Numbered from the stretch's first letter, positions 30,156 through 39,353 are shown. The stretch: 64,000 bases of DNA from an uncultured Bacilli bacterium (GCA_934086315.1 CAKOHZ010000002.1:296464-360463), one strand, 5' to 3'. Program-made: numbers and translations. Notes: generated by a model not told the origin, from the sequence alone.

Positions 30156-30464
30156 CTAATATAATTTCTTAAATAAATCCATAGCTTCATCTATAGCTTT
30201 ATTTTCACCCTTTAATATCTTTTTAGTAACACATGTCTCCAAATGACTTTTTAAAAGTGTATTACCAAAACTTTGTAATGATTTAGTTATTGCTGATACT
30301 TGTATTAACACATCTTCACATTTACGTTCACTCTCAAGCATTTGTCTAACACCTTTAATTTGCCCTTCAATAACATTAAGTCTCTTTATTAAATCTTGAG
30401 TTTCTTTCTCTGTTCTATGAAATGAATTCATACACATACCACAATTCTTACACTCTTCTCTCAT
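30156..30464 (-). CDS. CsoR/RcnR-family (DUF156) metal/redox-sensing transcriptional repressor with an extra N-terminal Cys cluster
   Basis: 102 aa. The C...H...C triad (KCEDVL...SHLETC) is typical of CsoR. Extra CKNCGMC at the N-terminus. Located 10 bp upstream of sufC. Confidence 0.7.
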   Translation of the reverse strand: MREECKNCGMCMNSFHRTEKETQDLIKRLNVIEGQIKGVRQMLESERKCEDVLIQVSAITKSLQSFGNTLLKSHLETCVTKKILKGENKAIDEAMDLFKKLY

Positions 30465-30480
30465 TCAAATCACCAAAAAT

Positions 30481-30509
30481 ATTATACACCCTGGGGGGGT
30501 CTATGTAAA
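30481..30509 (-). promoter_or_regulatory. predicted sigma-A promoter of the csoR-suf operon with a C7 tract in the spacer
   Basis: Minus strand reads TTTACA (30509..30504), 17-nt spacer containing CCCCCCC (30499..30493), TATAAT (30486..30481), then about 17 nt to the ATG. Confidence 0.45.
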
Positions 30510-30874
30510 GCCTATTTCTAGTTTCATTCAAACTAACATATAATACTTATAGTTTTATCATCTAATCTATCATATTCTTTTATTGATAATAACTCAGTAT
30601 AATAACTTCAAGATAATTTGGTTGCAACTAGCGACCATTTATTATTAAAGAAAAATAAATAAAACTGTCTAATTCTTATTAATGTTCTTTCATCATAATT
30701 TTTACCAGCATCATATAATATTTTGTTATTAATTCATTTTTATTAATTGAATATTCTTTATTTCTAACTATATTTTCTAAATGTCTTTTTGTAAGTCTTC
30801 TCTTCTTCACTTGAACAGCATAATAAATTTCATTTATATCTTTTATTAGTACAAGTATTTACAATGAGTTAATT

Positions 30875-30899
30875 GTGGCACCAATGGTGCCACTTTTTC
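30875..30899 (+). terminator. orphan intrinsic terminator-like hairpin in the intergenic region
   Basis: gtggcacc-aatg-ggtgccac, an 8-bp GC-rich stem followed by TTTTT. No annotated plus-strand gene lies upstream. Confidence 0.4.
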
Positions 30900-31100
30900 A
30901 TTCTTAAACACATTATAAAATTTTCTCATTTTAAATAATTAAAAAATATCTAATTTAAATTAATTAGATATTATAAAATATAAGATTAAAATAAAATTTT
31001 ATAATTAAGATCTAAAAAATAAATAGATTATCGCAAACGAAGACATTCATAAACCTAATTTCATAAGAAAAAACAAACTAAAAAATAAAATATAATAATT

Positions 31101-31129
31101 TTGACATTAATTTTCTTGTATGTTAAATT
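31101..31129 (+). promoter_or_regulatory. predicted promoter of the small hydrophobic peptide gene
   Basis: TTGACA (31101-31106), 17-nt spacer, TAAATT (31124-31129). Confidence 0.45.
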
Positions 31130-31205
31130 ACACTTCGAAGTGCTTGTTTAGGTACCACCTCAAAACCTAAGACTATATATTTTACCCTAATAAGGAGGTG
31201 GTATA

Positions 31206-31298
31206 ATGAAGAAAAAAGATTTGCTAATAGTAGTTCTTTTAGTAATCATTATTTTATTAATCATCTTAGATAATATCTTAGATTATAATAAAACCTAA
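31206..31298 (+). CDS. 30-aa hydrophobic peptide (MKKKDLLIVVLLVIIILLIILDNILDYNKT), candidate type I toxin-like membrane peptide
   Basis: Strong RBS AAGGAGGTG 6 nt upstream of the ATG. Basic N-terminus, 17-residue Leu/Ile/Val core and polar tail. Not in the ORF track because of its length. Confidence 0.45.
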   Translation: MKKKDLLIVVLLVIIILLIILDNILDYNKT

Positions 31299-31359
31299 CT
31301 CACTAGTAGTTAGGCAACCCAAACCGTGGTACCTGACTCATGGGGTCAAGTACTTCACT
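31287..31359 (-). ncRNA. candidate cis-antisense small RNA convergent with the 3' end of the peptide gene
   Basis: Minus-strand promoter TTTACT (31394..31389), 17 nt, TATATT (31371..31366). Minus-strand terminator hairpin cctaact/agttagg (31314..31294) followed by TTTTATT (31293..31287), overlapping the peptide stop codon. Confidence 0.3.
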
Positions 31360-31400
31360 ATCAATAATATAACATAATTTACCCATAAAGTAAATTATTT

Positions 31401-32477
31401 TTATTTTAAACTATAACTATTATTTATAATAGAAGTATTATAAATAAACAAGACATCTTTATTATTAAAATCAATATAATTGCCCAGTATTTTAGGACTC
31501 ATATACCTTGTATCTACTAAAGTAATAGTTTTATATGATGATACTAATAATGGAGCTAAACTACTACCAAAACTATCTCTAAATATTATTAATTCTTTAT
31601 CATTATCACAGAGATTATTATATATTTTTATTAAAGGAGTACTACCACCTAAATACATTTCATATTTATCACTACTTTTAAGCTTATCCATATCATAAAA
31701 ATTTATATAACTACTCTTACTATAATCATAAACTAAACTATTATTAATACTATCATTCTTAATAATATTTAATACATCACTTTCACCACTAATAGGTACT
31801 CTAGACTTATAAACGCCATCAAAACCACTAACATTCTCTACACTATAATTAATATCATTATAATTATTCATACCACTCAATAATCTTGAAGCTACTTTAT
31901 CAATTTTATTAATCATAAAATGACTATCAGTTTTATAATAATCATCTAACTCTAAAGCATTAAAAATATCAATATATCTAAAATTTAACTTACTATACAT
32001 ATAATCTTCTAAATATTGATAATCTATTCTTAAATTATTATCATCTATAAAATAATTCTTATCAGGTATTATTGAATAATAAACATTACTTTCGCTTAAA
32101 TAAGTATCTCTTATATAATTAATTTTATCTATTAAATTATCAACAGAATCCATATTTAATGGATACTCCATCTCGATAAAATAATCATCTTTTATATACA
32201 AATTATGATAATTATTCTTAATACTTAAATCCATCTTAGCTTTTAAAGTCCTAAAGTTATCTCTAAATATAAATTGATCAGTAGTATATTTATCAAACTC
32301 ATTAAAATACGTTCCATTAAACACACTTTTTAAACTAAATTTAGGCATTAATGTAAGTTTACGTCTCTCACTTACTGATACTTCATTATCACTTTTAAAA
32401 ACGTTTAAAACAAAGAATAATAAAAGTACTAATACAAATAATACACTAATAACTATATTTCTATATTTGTTACTCAT
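31401..32477 (-). CDS. DHHW-family protein (partner of MBOAT acyltransferases)
   Basis: N-terminal TM then SERRKLTLMPKF...YFNEFDKYTTDQFIFRDNF, characteristic of DHHW proteins. Sits immediately downstream of the MBOAT gene. Confidence 0.65.
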   Translation of the reverse strand: MSNKYRNIVISVLFVLVLLLFFVLNVFKSDNEVSVSERRKLTLMPKFSLKSVFNGTYFNEFDKYTTDQFIFRDNFRTLKAKMDLSIKNNYHNLYIKDDYFIEMEYPLNMDSVDNLIDKINYIRDTYLSESNVYYSIIPDKNYFIDDNNLRIDYQYLEDYMYSKLNFRYIDIFNALELDDYYKTDSHFMINKIDKVASRLLSGMNNYNDINYSVENVSGFDGVYKSRVPISGESDVLNIIKNDSINNSLVYDYSKSSYINFYDMDKLKSSDKYEMYLGGSTPLIKIYNNLCDNDKELIIFRDSFGSSLAPLLVSSYKTITLVDTRYMSPKILGNYIDFNNKDVLFIYNTSIINNSYSLK

Positions 32478-32486
32478 ATTCCCTCC

Positions 32487-33878
32487 TTAAAACCTAAAAT
32501 ATAAAAATGGATTATAACTACTATCAATAAGCATAGATGTAATAACTAAAAGTATTAAAAGAATAACTATTATTTCTAATATATTAATAATATTATTAAG
32601 TACTTTCTTACTTCTAAATTTCTCTATTATATTTTTTATTAAAGGTGTACTAAATATAATACCAATAATCAATATAACACTATAACTTCTTATATAATAA
32701 AGTATAAAATCATTATATAAACTTAAACTCTTAAAACTAAATAATCCTTTTATAATAGTTAATGCACTATTTAAGTCATCACTAGAGAATATAATAAAAC
32801 TTATCATAACAATAAATGAAGTATAAATTACTCTAATCACTTTAGGTAACTTCTCTAATATTTTATTAAGAAAATACTTTTCAATTATAAGTATAACTCC
32901 AAAATATAATCCCCATATTATAAAATTCCAACTAGCTCCGTGCCATAAACCAGTAAGCATCCATACTATAAATATATTTCTAATATGTTTTAAAGTGCTT
33001 ACTCTATTTCCTCCAAGTGGAATATATACATAATCTTTAAACCAACCACTAAGTGTCATATGCCAACGTCTCCAAAAATTAGTGACACTATCTGCTATAT
33101 AAGGATAATCAAAGTTCTCTGGAAATTTAAATCCTATCATTCTTCCAATTCCAATAGCTATATCACTATATCCTGAAAAATCAAAATATATCTGTAACAT
33201 ATAACCAATACCAAGTATCCAATATAATAAAACAGATACTTCTGTACTACCAACTAATGTATTACATAACTCCCCTATATTATTAGCTATAACAACTTTT
33301 TTAAATAAGCCAATCACAAATCTATTAACTCCATAACTAAAATCTTCAAAAGAAATCTTTCTTGATTTTAACTCTTTATTAACACTTTCATATCTAACAA
33401 TAGGTCCAGCTATTAATTGTGGAAACAAGAACACATAAGTCATATATTCTATTAAACTTTTAGAAGCTTTTACTTTTCCTCTATAAACATCAACTTCATA
33501 ACTAATAATTTGAAAAGTATAAAAACTTATACCAATTGGCAGAACTATATTTAACAAAGATATATTACTACTAAATATAGTATTTATATTATCAATTATA
33601 AAATTAAAATATTTAAATACACAAAGTAGTAATAAATGAAAAGATACTATTACAGCAAGTAAACTCCTACTTTTATTCTTTTCTAAACTAAGTGTCATAT
33701 AATATGAAAATAACACTTCTATAATCATCAACAATATATATTTAGGTTCACCATAAAAATAAAATATAAAACTAAATATTAATAAAACTATATTTTTATA
33801 TTTTTTAGGTACTATAAAATATAATATCAAAAACAAAGGTAAAAAATAATATAAAAATGTAATACTAGCAAATATCAT
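32487..33878 (-). CDS. MBOAT-family membrane-bound O-acyltransferase (AlgI/DltB-like)
   Basis: 463 aa, polytopic. FWRRWHMTLSGWFKDYVYIPLGG contains the conserved MBOAT His region. Confidence 0.8.
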   Translation of the reverse strand: MIFASITFLYYFLPLFLILYFIVPKKYKNIVLLIFSFIFYFYGEPKYILLMIIEVLFSYYMTLSLEKNKSRSLLAVIVSFHLLLLCVFKYFNFIIDNINTIFSSNISLLNIVLPIGISFYTFQIISYEVDVYRGKVKASKSLIEYMTYVFLFPQLIAGPIVRYESVNKELKSRKISFEDFSYGVNRFVIGLFKKVVIANNIGELCNTLVGSTEVSVLLYWILGIGYMLQIYFDFSGYSDIAIGIGRMIGFKFPENFDYPYIADSVTNFWRRWHMTLSGWFKDYVYIPLGGNRVSTLKHIRNIFIVWMLTGLWHGASWNFIIWGLYFGVILIIEKYFLNKILEKLPKVIRVIYTSFIVMISFIIFSSDDLNSALTIIKGLFSFKSLSLYNDFILYYIRSYSVILIIGIIFSTPLIKNIIEKFRSKKVLNNIINILEIIVILLILLVITSMLIDSSYNPFLYFRF

Positions 33879-33920
33879 ACATTCTCCTTTTAAAAAGGCT
33901 CCATAAAGGAGCAGTATTAT

Positions 33921-34514
33921 TTAAGCACCAGGTCTAGCATCAGGCATTTCACCTGGTAAATCAGTACTTCCACTATCTGTTTTAGTTAATTCTTTTCCAA
34001 TATTATTATTAACATATTTTTTAAATCCATTATATACTGGAGTAGCCCAATCATCACTTGCCATAACCATAAATATTATGTTACCACTATTAGTAATATA
34101 TAACTTTTCAGCGCTAACACATATCCATTTAGACATATTAATTCCATCATACATCTCTTGTTTCATATCTTCAATTTTTGAAGTATCTTTAACTTTTAAT
34201 ACAACTAAACTATATGCCTGAGCATTCATTAATGGTTCACTTACTAATGCGAATTCTACATTTGAACTATCACTTAATCCTGTATAATATTTCCATGATT
34301 CTGTAGAACTATTTATTTTTTGAAATTCAAGTGCTGGTAAAGTATCACCTAAATCACTATAAATACTTTTTACCATAGTTTTAAGATCATCAACACTATT
34401 AAATTCAGAAGTACTTTTATCTTTACTTCTCACCAACATAATAACAGCAAGCATAATAACAGCTAGTGCTATTAAAGAAACACCAATTATTAATGGTTTA
34501 TTTTTACTATCCAT
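33921..34514 (-). CDS. membrane-anchored extracellular hypothetical protein
   Basis: N-terminal TM LIIGVSLIALAVIMLAVIMLV. 197 aa. Good RBS. Confidence 0.55.
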   Translation of the reverse strand: MDSKNKPLIIGVSLIALAVIMLAVIMLVRSKDKSTSEFNSVDDLKTMVKSIYSDLGDTLPALEFQKINSSTESWKYYTGLSDSSNVEFALVSEPLMNAQAYSLVVLKVKDTSKIEDMKQEMYDGINMSKWICVSAEKLYITNSGNIIFMVMASDDWATPVYNGFKKYVNNNIGKELTKTDSGSTDLPGEMPDARPGA

Positions 34515-34589
34515 TTTATCCTCCTTATTGTATATATAAATTATATCAAATTAAATATTTTATTCAATAGAAAAAGACTATTTCTAGTC

Positions 34590-35204
34590 TTAATTTCCTT
34601 TAACTATATATAGAACATCATTATCATTAATAATTGTTAATTTAGCACTTGTTTGATATCCTAAATCTTTCTCATAAGTCCAATCAACAGTAACTAAATA
34701 AGCAGGATATTCATTTTTATTATATGTGTATTTAGTTTCAAATACATCACTTACATTAACTTCTTTAACCATAGGTAATTCTTGTTTTCTCTTACCAGCT
34801 ATATTACTTTCAACAAATTTATATAATGTTGATCCCATATTTTCTTTAAAGTTTTCTCTTAAGTCTTTATGTAGGAACTCTACTCCACCTATATCAGTAC
34901 TAGTAAGTTTATTATCAAGTGAATACAAATCTATTATAAATAACTCTGATATTAATTTAGCATAACTATTCATATCAACAGGTTTTTCATTTAATACCTT
35001 ACTTAACTCTTTAAAAGTACTTTTATATAAATCAGTATCACTCTTAGATAACGTATAACCATAGAAATCTATAGAATCAATTTGTTTTTTATTATTTGAT
35101 TTACTTAAGAAGTCTTTATTAACTCTATATCCAAGAAATCCAAGTAATAAGATACCAACAATTACAAATAAGATTATTATTTTTCTATCACTTTTTTTCT
35201 TCAC
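34590..35204 (-). CDS. membrane-anchored hypothetical protein
   Basis: N-terminal TM IIILFVIVGILLLGFLGY. 204 aa. Its start is overlapped by 17 nt by the end of the upstream LtaS-like gene. Confidence 0.55.
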   Translation of the reverse strand: MKKKSDRKIIILFVIVGILLLGFLGYRVNKDFLSKSNNKKQIDSIDFYGYTLSKSDTDLYKSTFKELSKVLNEKPVDMNSYAKLISELFIIDLYSLDNKLTSTDIGGVEFLHKDLRENFKENMGSTLYKFVESNIAGKRKQELPMVKEVNVSDVFETKYTYNKNEYPAYLVTVDWTYEKDLGYQTSAKLTIINDNDVLYIVKGN

Positions 35205-37257
35205 GTTCGCAAGCTCCTATCTTATCCTCTTCATTCTTAATTAAATCATGAAGTACAATTCCATTAGATACATCTAATATTTGATTAGCATAATCTTTAA
35301 GTCTACTTATATAATCAGTATCTATTGGTTGCTCACTTAATGTTATATATTCATCATTTAAATTACTATAATATACTTTATCAGTAAGAACATTTCCATT
35401 TGGGAATACTACAATTTTTTCATTGTCACTAAATATATCATGACCAAGACCATATTTATCTTTAAATCCAAACATATTTGCAATAGTAGGAAGTACATCA
35501 TACATACCCATCGCACTACTTACTTTTCTTCTATATTTCTTATCAACATTCCACATGATTAATGGAGTATTTTTTAATAAATCATAATTATAATTTTCCA
35601 TAGATATATAAGTTGGATCATCTTCACTCTTAATATCATTAGTAAATGGATCATAATTATATAATAAGTTAAATTGCTTTTTAGCAAGTCTTGCTTCATG
35701 ATCACCATATAATATAATTACAGTATTTTCAAGTAAATCATTATCTTTTAATAATTGTACAAATTCGCCTAAAGCAGCATCAGCATAATGAGCACTCTTA
35801 ATATAGTTACCCATAGAAGTACCTTCTAAATAGTTTGCAACTGCATCTCTTTTTTCTCCATTTTCATCAGTAACAGTATACTTCATAGTTACATCAAATG
35901 GATCATATTTTTCTAAATCATTAAATGGTGAGTGATTAGAAAGTGTAATAACTGTTCCATAGAATTTTTCATGACTTTCTTTAATATTTTTAAGTATTGG
36001 AACTAATTGGTTAAAGAATGATTTATCTGAAAGACCTAAACCAACCCAATTAGGATCGCTAGTATCTGTAGGAACAACATAACTATCTTTAGCATAGAAA
36101 TCTTGATATCCTAAAGTATGATGCATAGTTTTACGATTCCAATAATCAGCATTATTGGCATGAGCACTAAATGTATAATAACCCATATCATTAAAATACT
36201 TAGGTAATGAATAATAAGTTCTATTATAATAGTTTACAAATACTGTACCACTACTTGAAGGCATAAGACCAGTATTTAATGTAAACTCTGTATCTGAACT
36301 TGTACCTACACTAATTTGAGGATAAAACCTATCAAAATAAATTCCTTCATTAGCAAGTTTATTTAAATTAGGTGTAACCTCTTGTCCATTGATTTTTAAA
36401 CCAACTAAGAAGTTTTGCATACTTTCAGCATGTATAAATATAACATTTTTACCTTTAAATACATTAGTATATTTATTAGAACTAACTTTTTCTTCATTTT
36501 TACATGCATAGAAATTTCTAAACTTACGAGCTGATTCATCATAACCAAATAATGTATTTAAATGAGGTTGTATACTTTGAATTAAATCATTAGCAGTATA
36601 AGTATATAAACCAAACTTTTGAACTAACCACTCTCTATTCCATTGTTTAACAAGTCTACTAGTATCAGTAGCATTTAAAGTAAATAATAATGAACAAATA
36701 ATTACTCCTGAAGTAGCTATAGAATATATAAAGTTTCTTTTACCTTTTTCAGTCTTTTCAACTTCAAAATAATAATTTTTCTTAACTAAATGTTTATGTA
36801 TTAAAAAGAATATAATTGGAAACACAATATATAAAAATTGAGTAATATGTAATTTATCATATAATGAATCATCAACAGCTCCAAGCATAGATGCAGTTGA
36901 TATTAAATTAACTGATAAGAATGATTGATAAAATTGATAATAAATAGTATTTCCTATCGCTAGTACTGAAGCAAATATAACCCATATAAAGAAATACGTA
37001 AATTGATATTTAGGTTTAAATAAATAACCAAAAGCACCAATTAATAATGAAATCATAAAGTCAGATAAAAATGCTTTAAAATATATTGGAGTACCTATCG
37101 TACATAATCTTAATAAGAATCCAATTAAAATTGAAATAATTATATAAGAAATAAATAATATATTAGTAGAAGCATACCTCTTGATACCATTAACTATTTT
37201 CTTAAATATTTTTTTAATATTAATATTTTTAAAATCAAATTTTTTTAACCTTTTCAT
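35188..37257 (-). CDS. LtaS-family sulfatase-fold enzyme (lipoteichoic acid synthase / phosphoglycerol transferase-like)
   Basis: 689 aa. Five N-terminal TM helices plus an extracellular sulfatase-like domain (NVIFIHAESMQNF, SHANNADYWNRK, LYGDHEAR). Confidence 0.75.
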   Translation of the reverse strand: MKRLKKFDFKNINIKKIFKKIVNGIKRYASTNILFISYIIISILIGFLLRLCTIGTPIYFKAFLSDFMISLLIGAFGYLFKPKYQFTYFFIWVIFASVLAIGNTIYYQFYQSFLSVNLISTASMLGAVDDSLYDKLHITQFLYIVFPIIFFLIHKHLVKKNYYFEVEKTEKGKRNFIYSIATSGVIICSLLFTLNATDTSRLVKQWNREWLVQKFGLYTYTANDLIQSIQPHLNTLFGYDESARKFRNFYACKNEEKVSSNKYTNVFKGKNVIFIHAESMQNFLVGLKINGQEVTPNLNKLANEGIYFDRFYPQISVGTSSDTEFTLNTGLMPSSSGTVFVNYYNRTYYSLPKYFNDMGYYTFSAHANNADYWNRKTMHHTLGYQDFYAKDSYVVPTDTSDPNWVGLGLSDKSFFNQLVPILKNIKESHEKFYGTVITLSNHSPFNDLEKYDPFDVTMKYTVTDENGEKRDAVANYLEGTSMGNYIKSAHYADAALGEFVQLLKDNDLLENTVIILYGDHEARLAKKQFNLLYNYDPFTNDIKSEDDPTYISMENYNYDLLKNTPLIMWNVDKKYRRKVSSAMGMYDVLPTIANMFGFKDKYGLGHDIFSDNEKIVVFPNGNVLTDKVYYSNLNDEYITLSEQPIDTDYISRLKDYANQILDVSNGIVLHDLIKNEEDKIGACEREEKK

Positions 37258-37347
37258 ACTAATTCCCTCTAGGTAATTATATCATTATTATTATATTTTT
37301 TCAACAACATAAAAAAAAGGACCAATGTCCTTATTTTACACTTGGCA

Positions 37348-37713
37348 TTAGCCTTTAATAATATCATCAGAAGCAGTCTTACAATTAAATGGACTTGTAA
37401 TACATTTAGTACATTGTTTATAATCATCAGCACCTATTAAGTTCATAAGTACACCAACAATTGTTACAATTAAGAAAACTAATACTGCAGCGATTGCTTT
37501 TTTAATTAATTTATGTTGAGCATCTTTAATTTTATTCTCATCTTTTTCAGTAACAGCTTTAGCCATATCTAACATACCAACAACAATTAACATAATTGGT
37601 ACAACTACTTTAATAATGAAAATTGCGATACCAACTATTCTTAAAACTGGACCTAATTCATCACACAATTCGCCAGGTTGTACTGTAGTTAACACATTAA
37701 TTAAATTTAACAT
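37348..37713 (-). CDS. small two-TM membrane protein, last gene of the Tad-like cluster
   Basis: 121 aa. Two hydrophobic helices separated by a charged loop, and a Cys-containing C-terminus (CTKCITSPFNC). Confidence 0.5.
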   Translation of the reverse strand: MLNLINVLTTVQPGELCDELGPVLRIVGIAIFIIKVVVPIMLIVVGMLDMAKAVTEKDENKIKDAQHKLIKKAIAAVLVFLIVTIVGVLMNLIGADDYKQCTKCITSPFNCKTASDDIIKG

Positions 37714-37791
37714 AACTCATTTCTCCTTCTCTATATAAATTTTACATAATTTTTATTTTTTTGTCAACTATACACCATTTATATTTACTGG

Positions 37792-38736
37792 TTAAATTCC
37801 CATTTTGCTTATAAAGTTTTTAACTGGTTCAATATTATCTTGTCTATCATCACAAGGTGGTATAGTAGCGAATACTTTTAGTTTAGTTTCATACTCAAAT
37901 GTAGCTACATCTTCAGAGTTAAGTACACACTTATTTAATACAACTCTTTCATTTTTAAGCATTTCAAGTGCAGCTCTATTTTTTCTTAACATTTTATTTA
38001 TCATAATAGTTGATGGTTCTATTAAGTAATAAACTTGACTACATATTGAAACATCATCATAATCATTTAAATCAACAAGTACTACATCACACATTTGTTT
38101 CTTCATAAGTTCTTTTGGTAAATCTGAAGAAATAGTACTAACAAGATCTTTATCGTTAAAATATAAGAAGTCCACTTTATTTACCTCAATAGCACCTACA
38201 CTTCTAATTTCTGATAACATTTTTCTAATCATATAAATAAGAGTAGTAGCTCCAGCATGTTGAGTCATATTTTTAAATCCTATGATTCTCATCTTTCCGC
38301 CACCCATGCCCATACCATCAGAACCACTATTATCAGTAGTACCATAGTCAAGATCTTGTAAATTATGAATATTTACAACATCTCTATAAGTATGAGGATG
38401 AACTAATAAATAATTAATACCTTCAGCATTACGAGTAAAATTATAAATACCTAGTGATATTAATTTTGATAGATATGTCTTTGAATCACTTTCTGGACTA
38501 TCATCAAGTAATAAAATTACATTCTCCATATTTATATTCATCGCTAGTTTTTGTAAATTATCAGTATTTTGATAATCACGAATAGCAGTAATATCCAAAA
38601 TCATTTTATCATAATAGAAATTTGTAAAAGTATCTATTATCTCATCAACATTAAAGACCCCTTCCATGGACTTCATAACTTCAATATTTAAACCAATTAA
38701 AAGTTCTTTATATTTATTATAAACCATTACGTTCAT
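37792..38736 (-). CDS. TadZ/CpaE-like protein with degenerate P-loop
   Basis: 314 aa. MRIIGFKNMTQHAGATTLIYMI aligns to the MinD/ParA deviant Walker A (xxxSGKGGVGKTT) but has lost the lysines. N-terminal ~120-aa pseudo-receiver-like region. Clustered with CpaF/TadB/TadC homologs. Confidence 0.5.
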   Translation of the reverse strand: MNVMVYNKYKELLIGLNIEVMKSMEGVFNVDEIIDTFTNFYYDKMILDITAIRDYQNTDNLQKLAMNINMENVILLLDDSPESDSKTYLSKLISLGIYNFTRNAEGINYLLVHPHTYRDVVNIHNLQDLDYGTTDNSGSDGMGMGGGKMRIIGFKNMTQHAGATTLIYMIRKMLSEIRSVGAIEVNKVDFLYFNDKDLVSTISSDLPKELMKKQMCDVVLVDLNDYDDVSICSQVYYLIEPSTIMINKMLRKNRAALEMLKNERVVLNKCVLNSEDVATFEYETKLKVFATIPPCDDRQDNIEPVKNFISKMGI

Positions 38737-38762
38737 TATATCATCTCCCCTATCAAAATTTA

Positions 38763-39257
38763 TTATTCATTACAATTTAAACTACCAGTAACATCATAAA
38801 ACATAGTCTTAGTTTCACCAGCAATAGGTAATTTAACAGTGACTTCAATCACAGGTATAGTAAGTGCTATAAAAGTTGTTACTTTATAATAGATTTTACC
38901 ATTACCATCAGTAGGACAAAACTTTTTAAGACAATAGCCTCCATTTTGCATCTTTCCATCACCATTACAACCTGCTTGTTCTGCAGTATCATAATCATAA
39001 CCTAATGCTTTTATAAATGCAAATGCCTTTCCTTCAGTACTAGTATCAGTTTTTAATTGCTCCAAGTTAAAATCATGCAATCTAGCACTATCACTAGAAT
39101 ATGTAAAACCCTCATTTTTTTCAATTATATTAATGATTTCATTCTTGGCTCTAAAAGCTTTAGTGTAACTGATAGAATAAGCTAAAAATCCTGCAAATAA
39201 TGCAATAAAAATTATAACTAATCCAGTTAACCAAGTACCACCCATCGCATCCTTCAT
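38763..39257 (-). CDS. TadE-like pseudopilin candidate
   Basis: 164 aa. N-terminus MKDAMGG-TWLTGLVIIFIALFAGFLAY has the shape of a class III signal peptide (basic residues, Gly, hydrophobic helix). Confidence 0.45.
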   Translation of the reverse strand: MKDAMGGTWLTGLVIIFIALFAGFLAYSISYTKAFRAKNEIINIIEKNEGFTYSSDSARLHDFNLEQLKTDTSTEGKAFAFIKALGYDYDTAEQAGCNGDGKMQNGGYCLKKFCPTDGNGKIYYKVTTFIALTIPVIEVTVKLPIAGETKTMFYDVTGSLNCNE

Positions 39258-39353
39258 ATAACACTTCCTTTACAATTGTAGTATTTAAAAAGTACTACAG
39301 GTACATTGATATCAATCAATGACACCTATAGTACCAAAACTTAATACATTATA

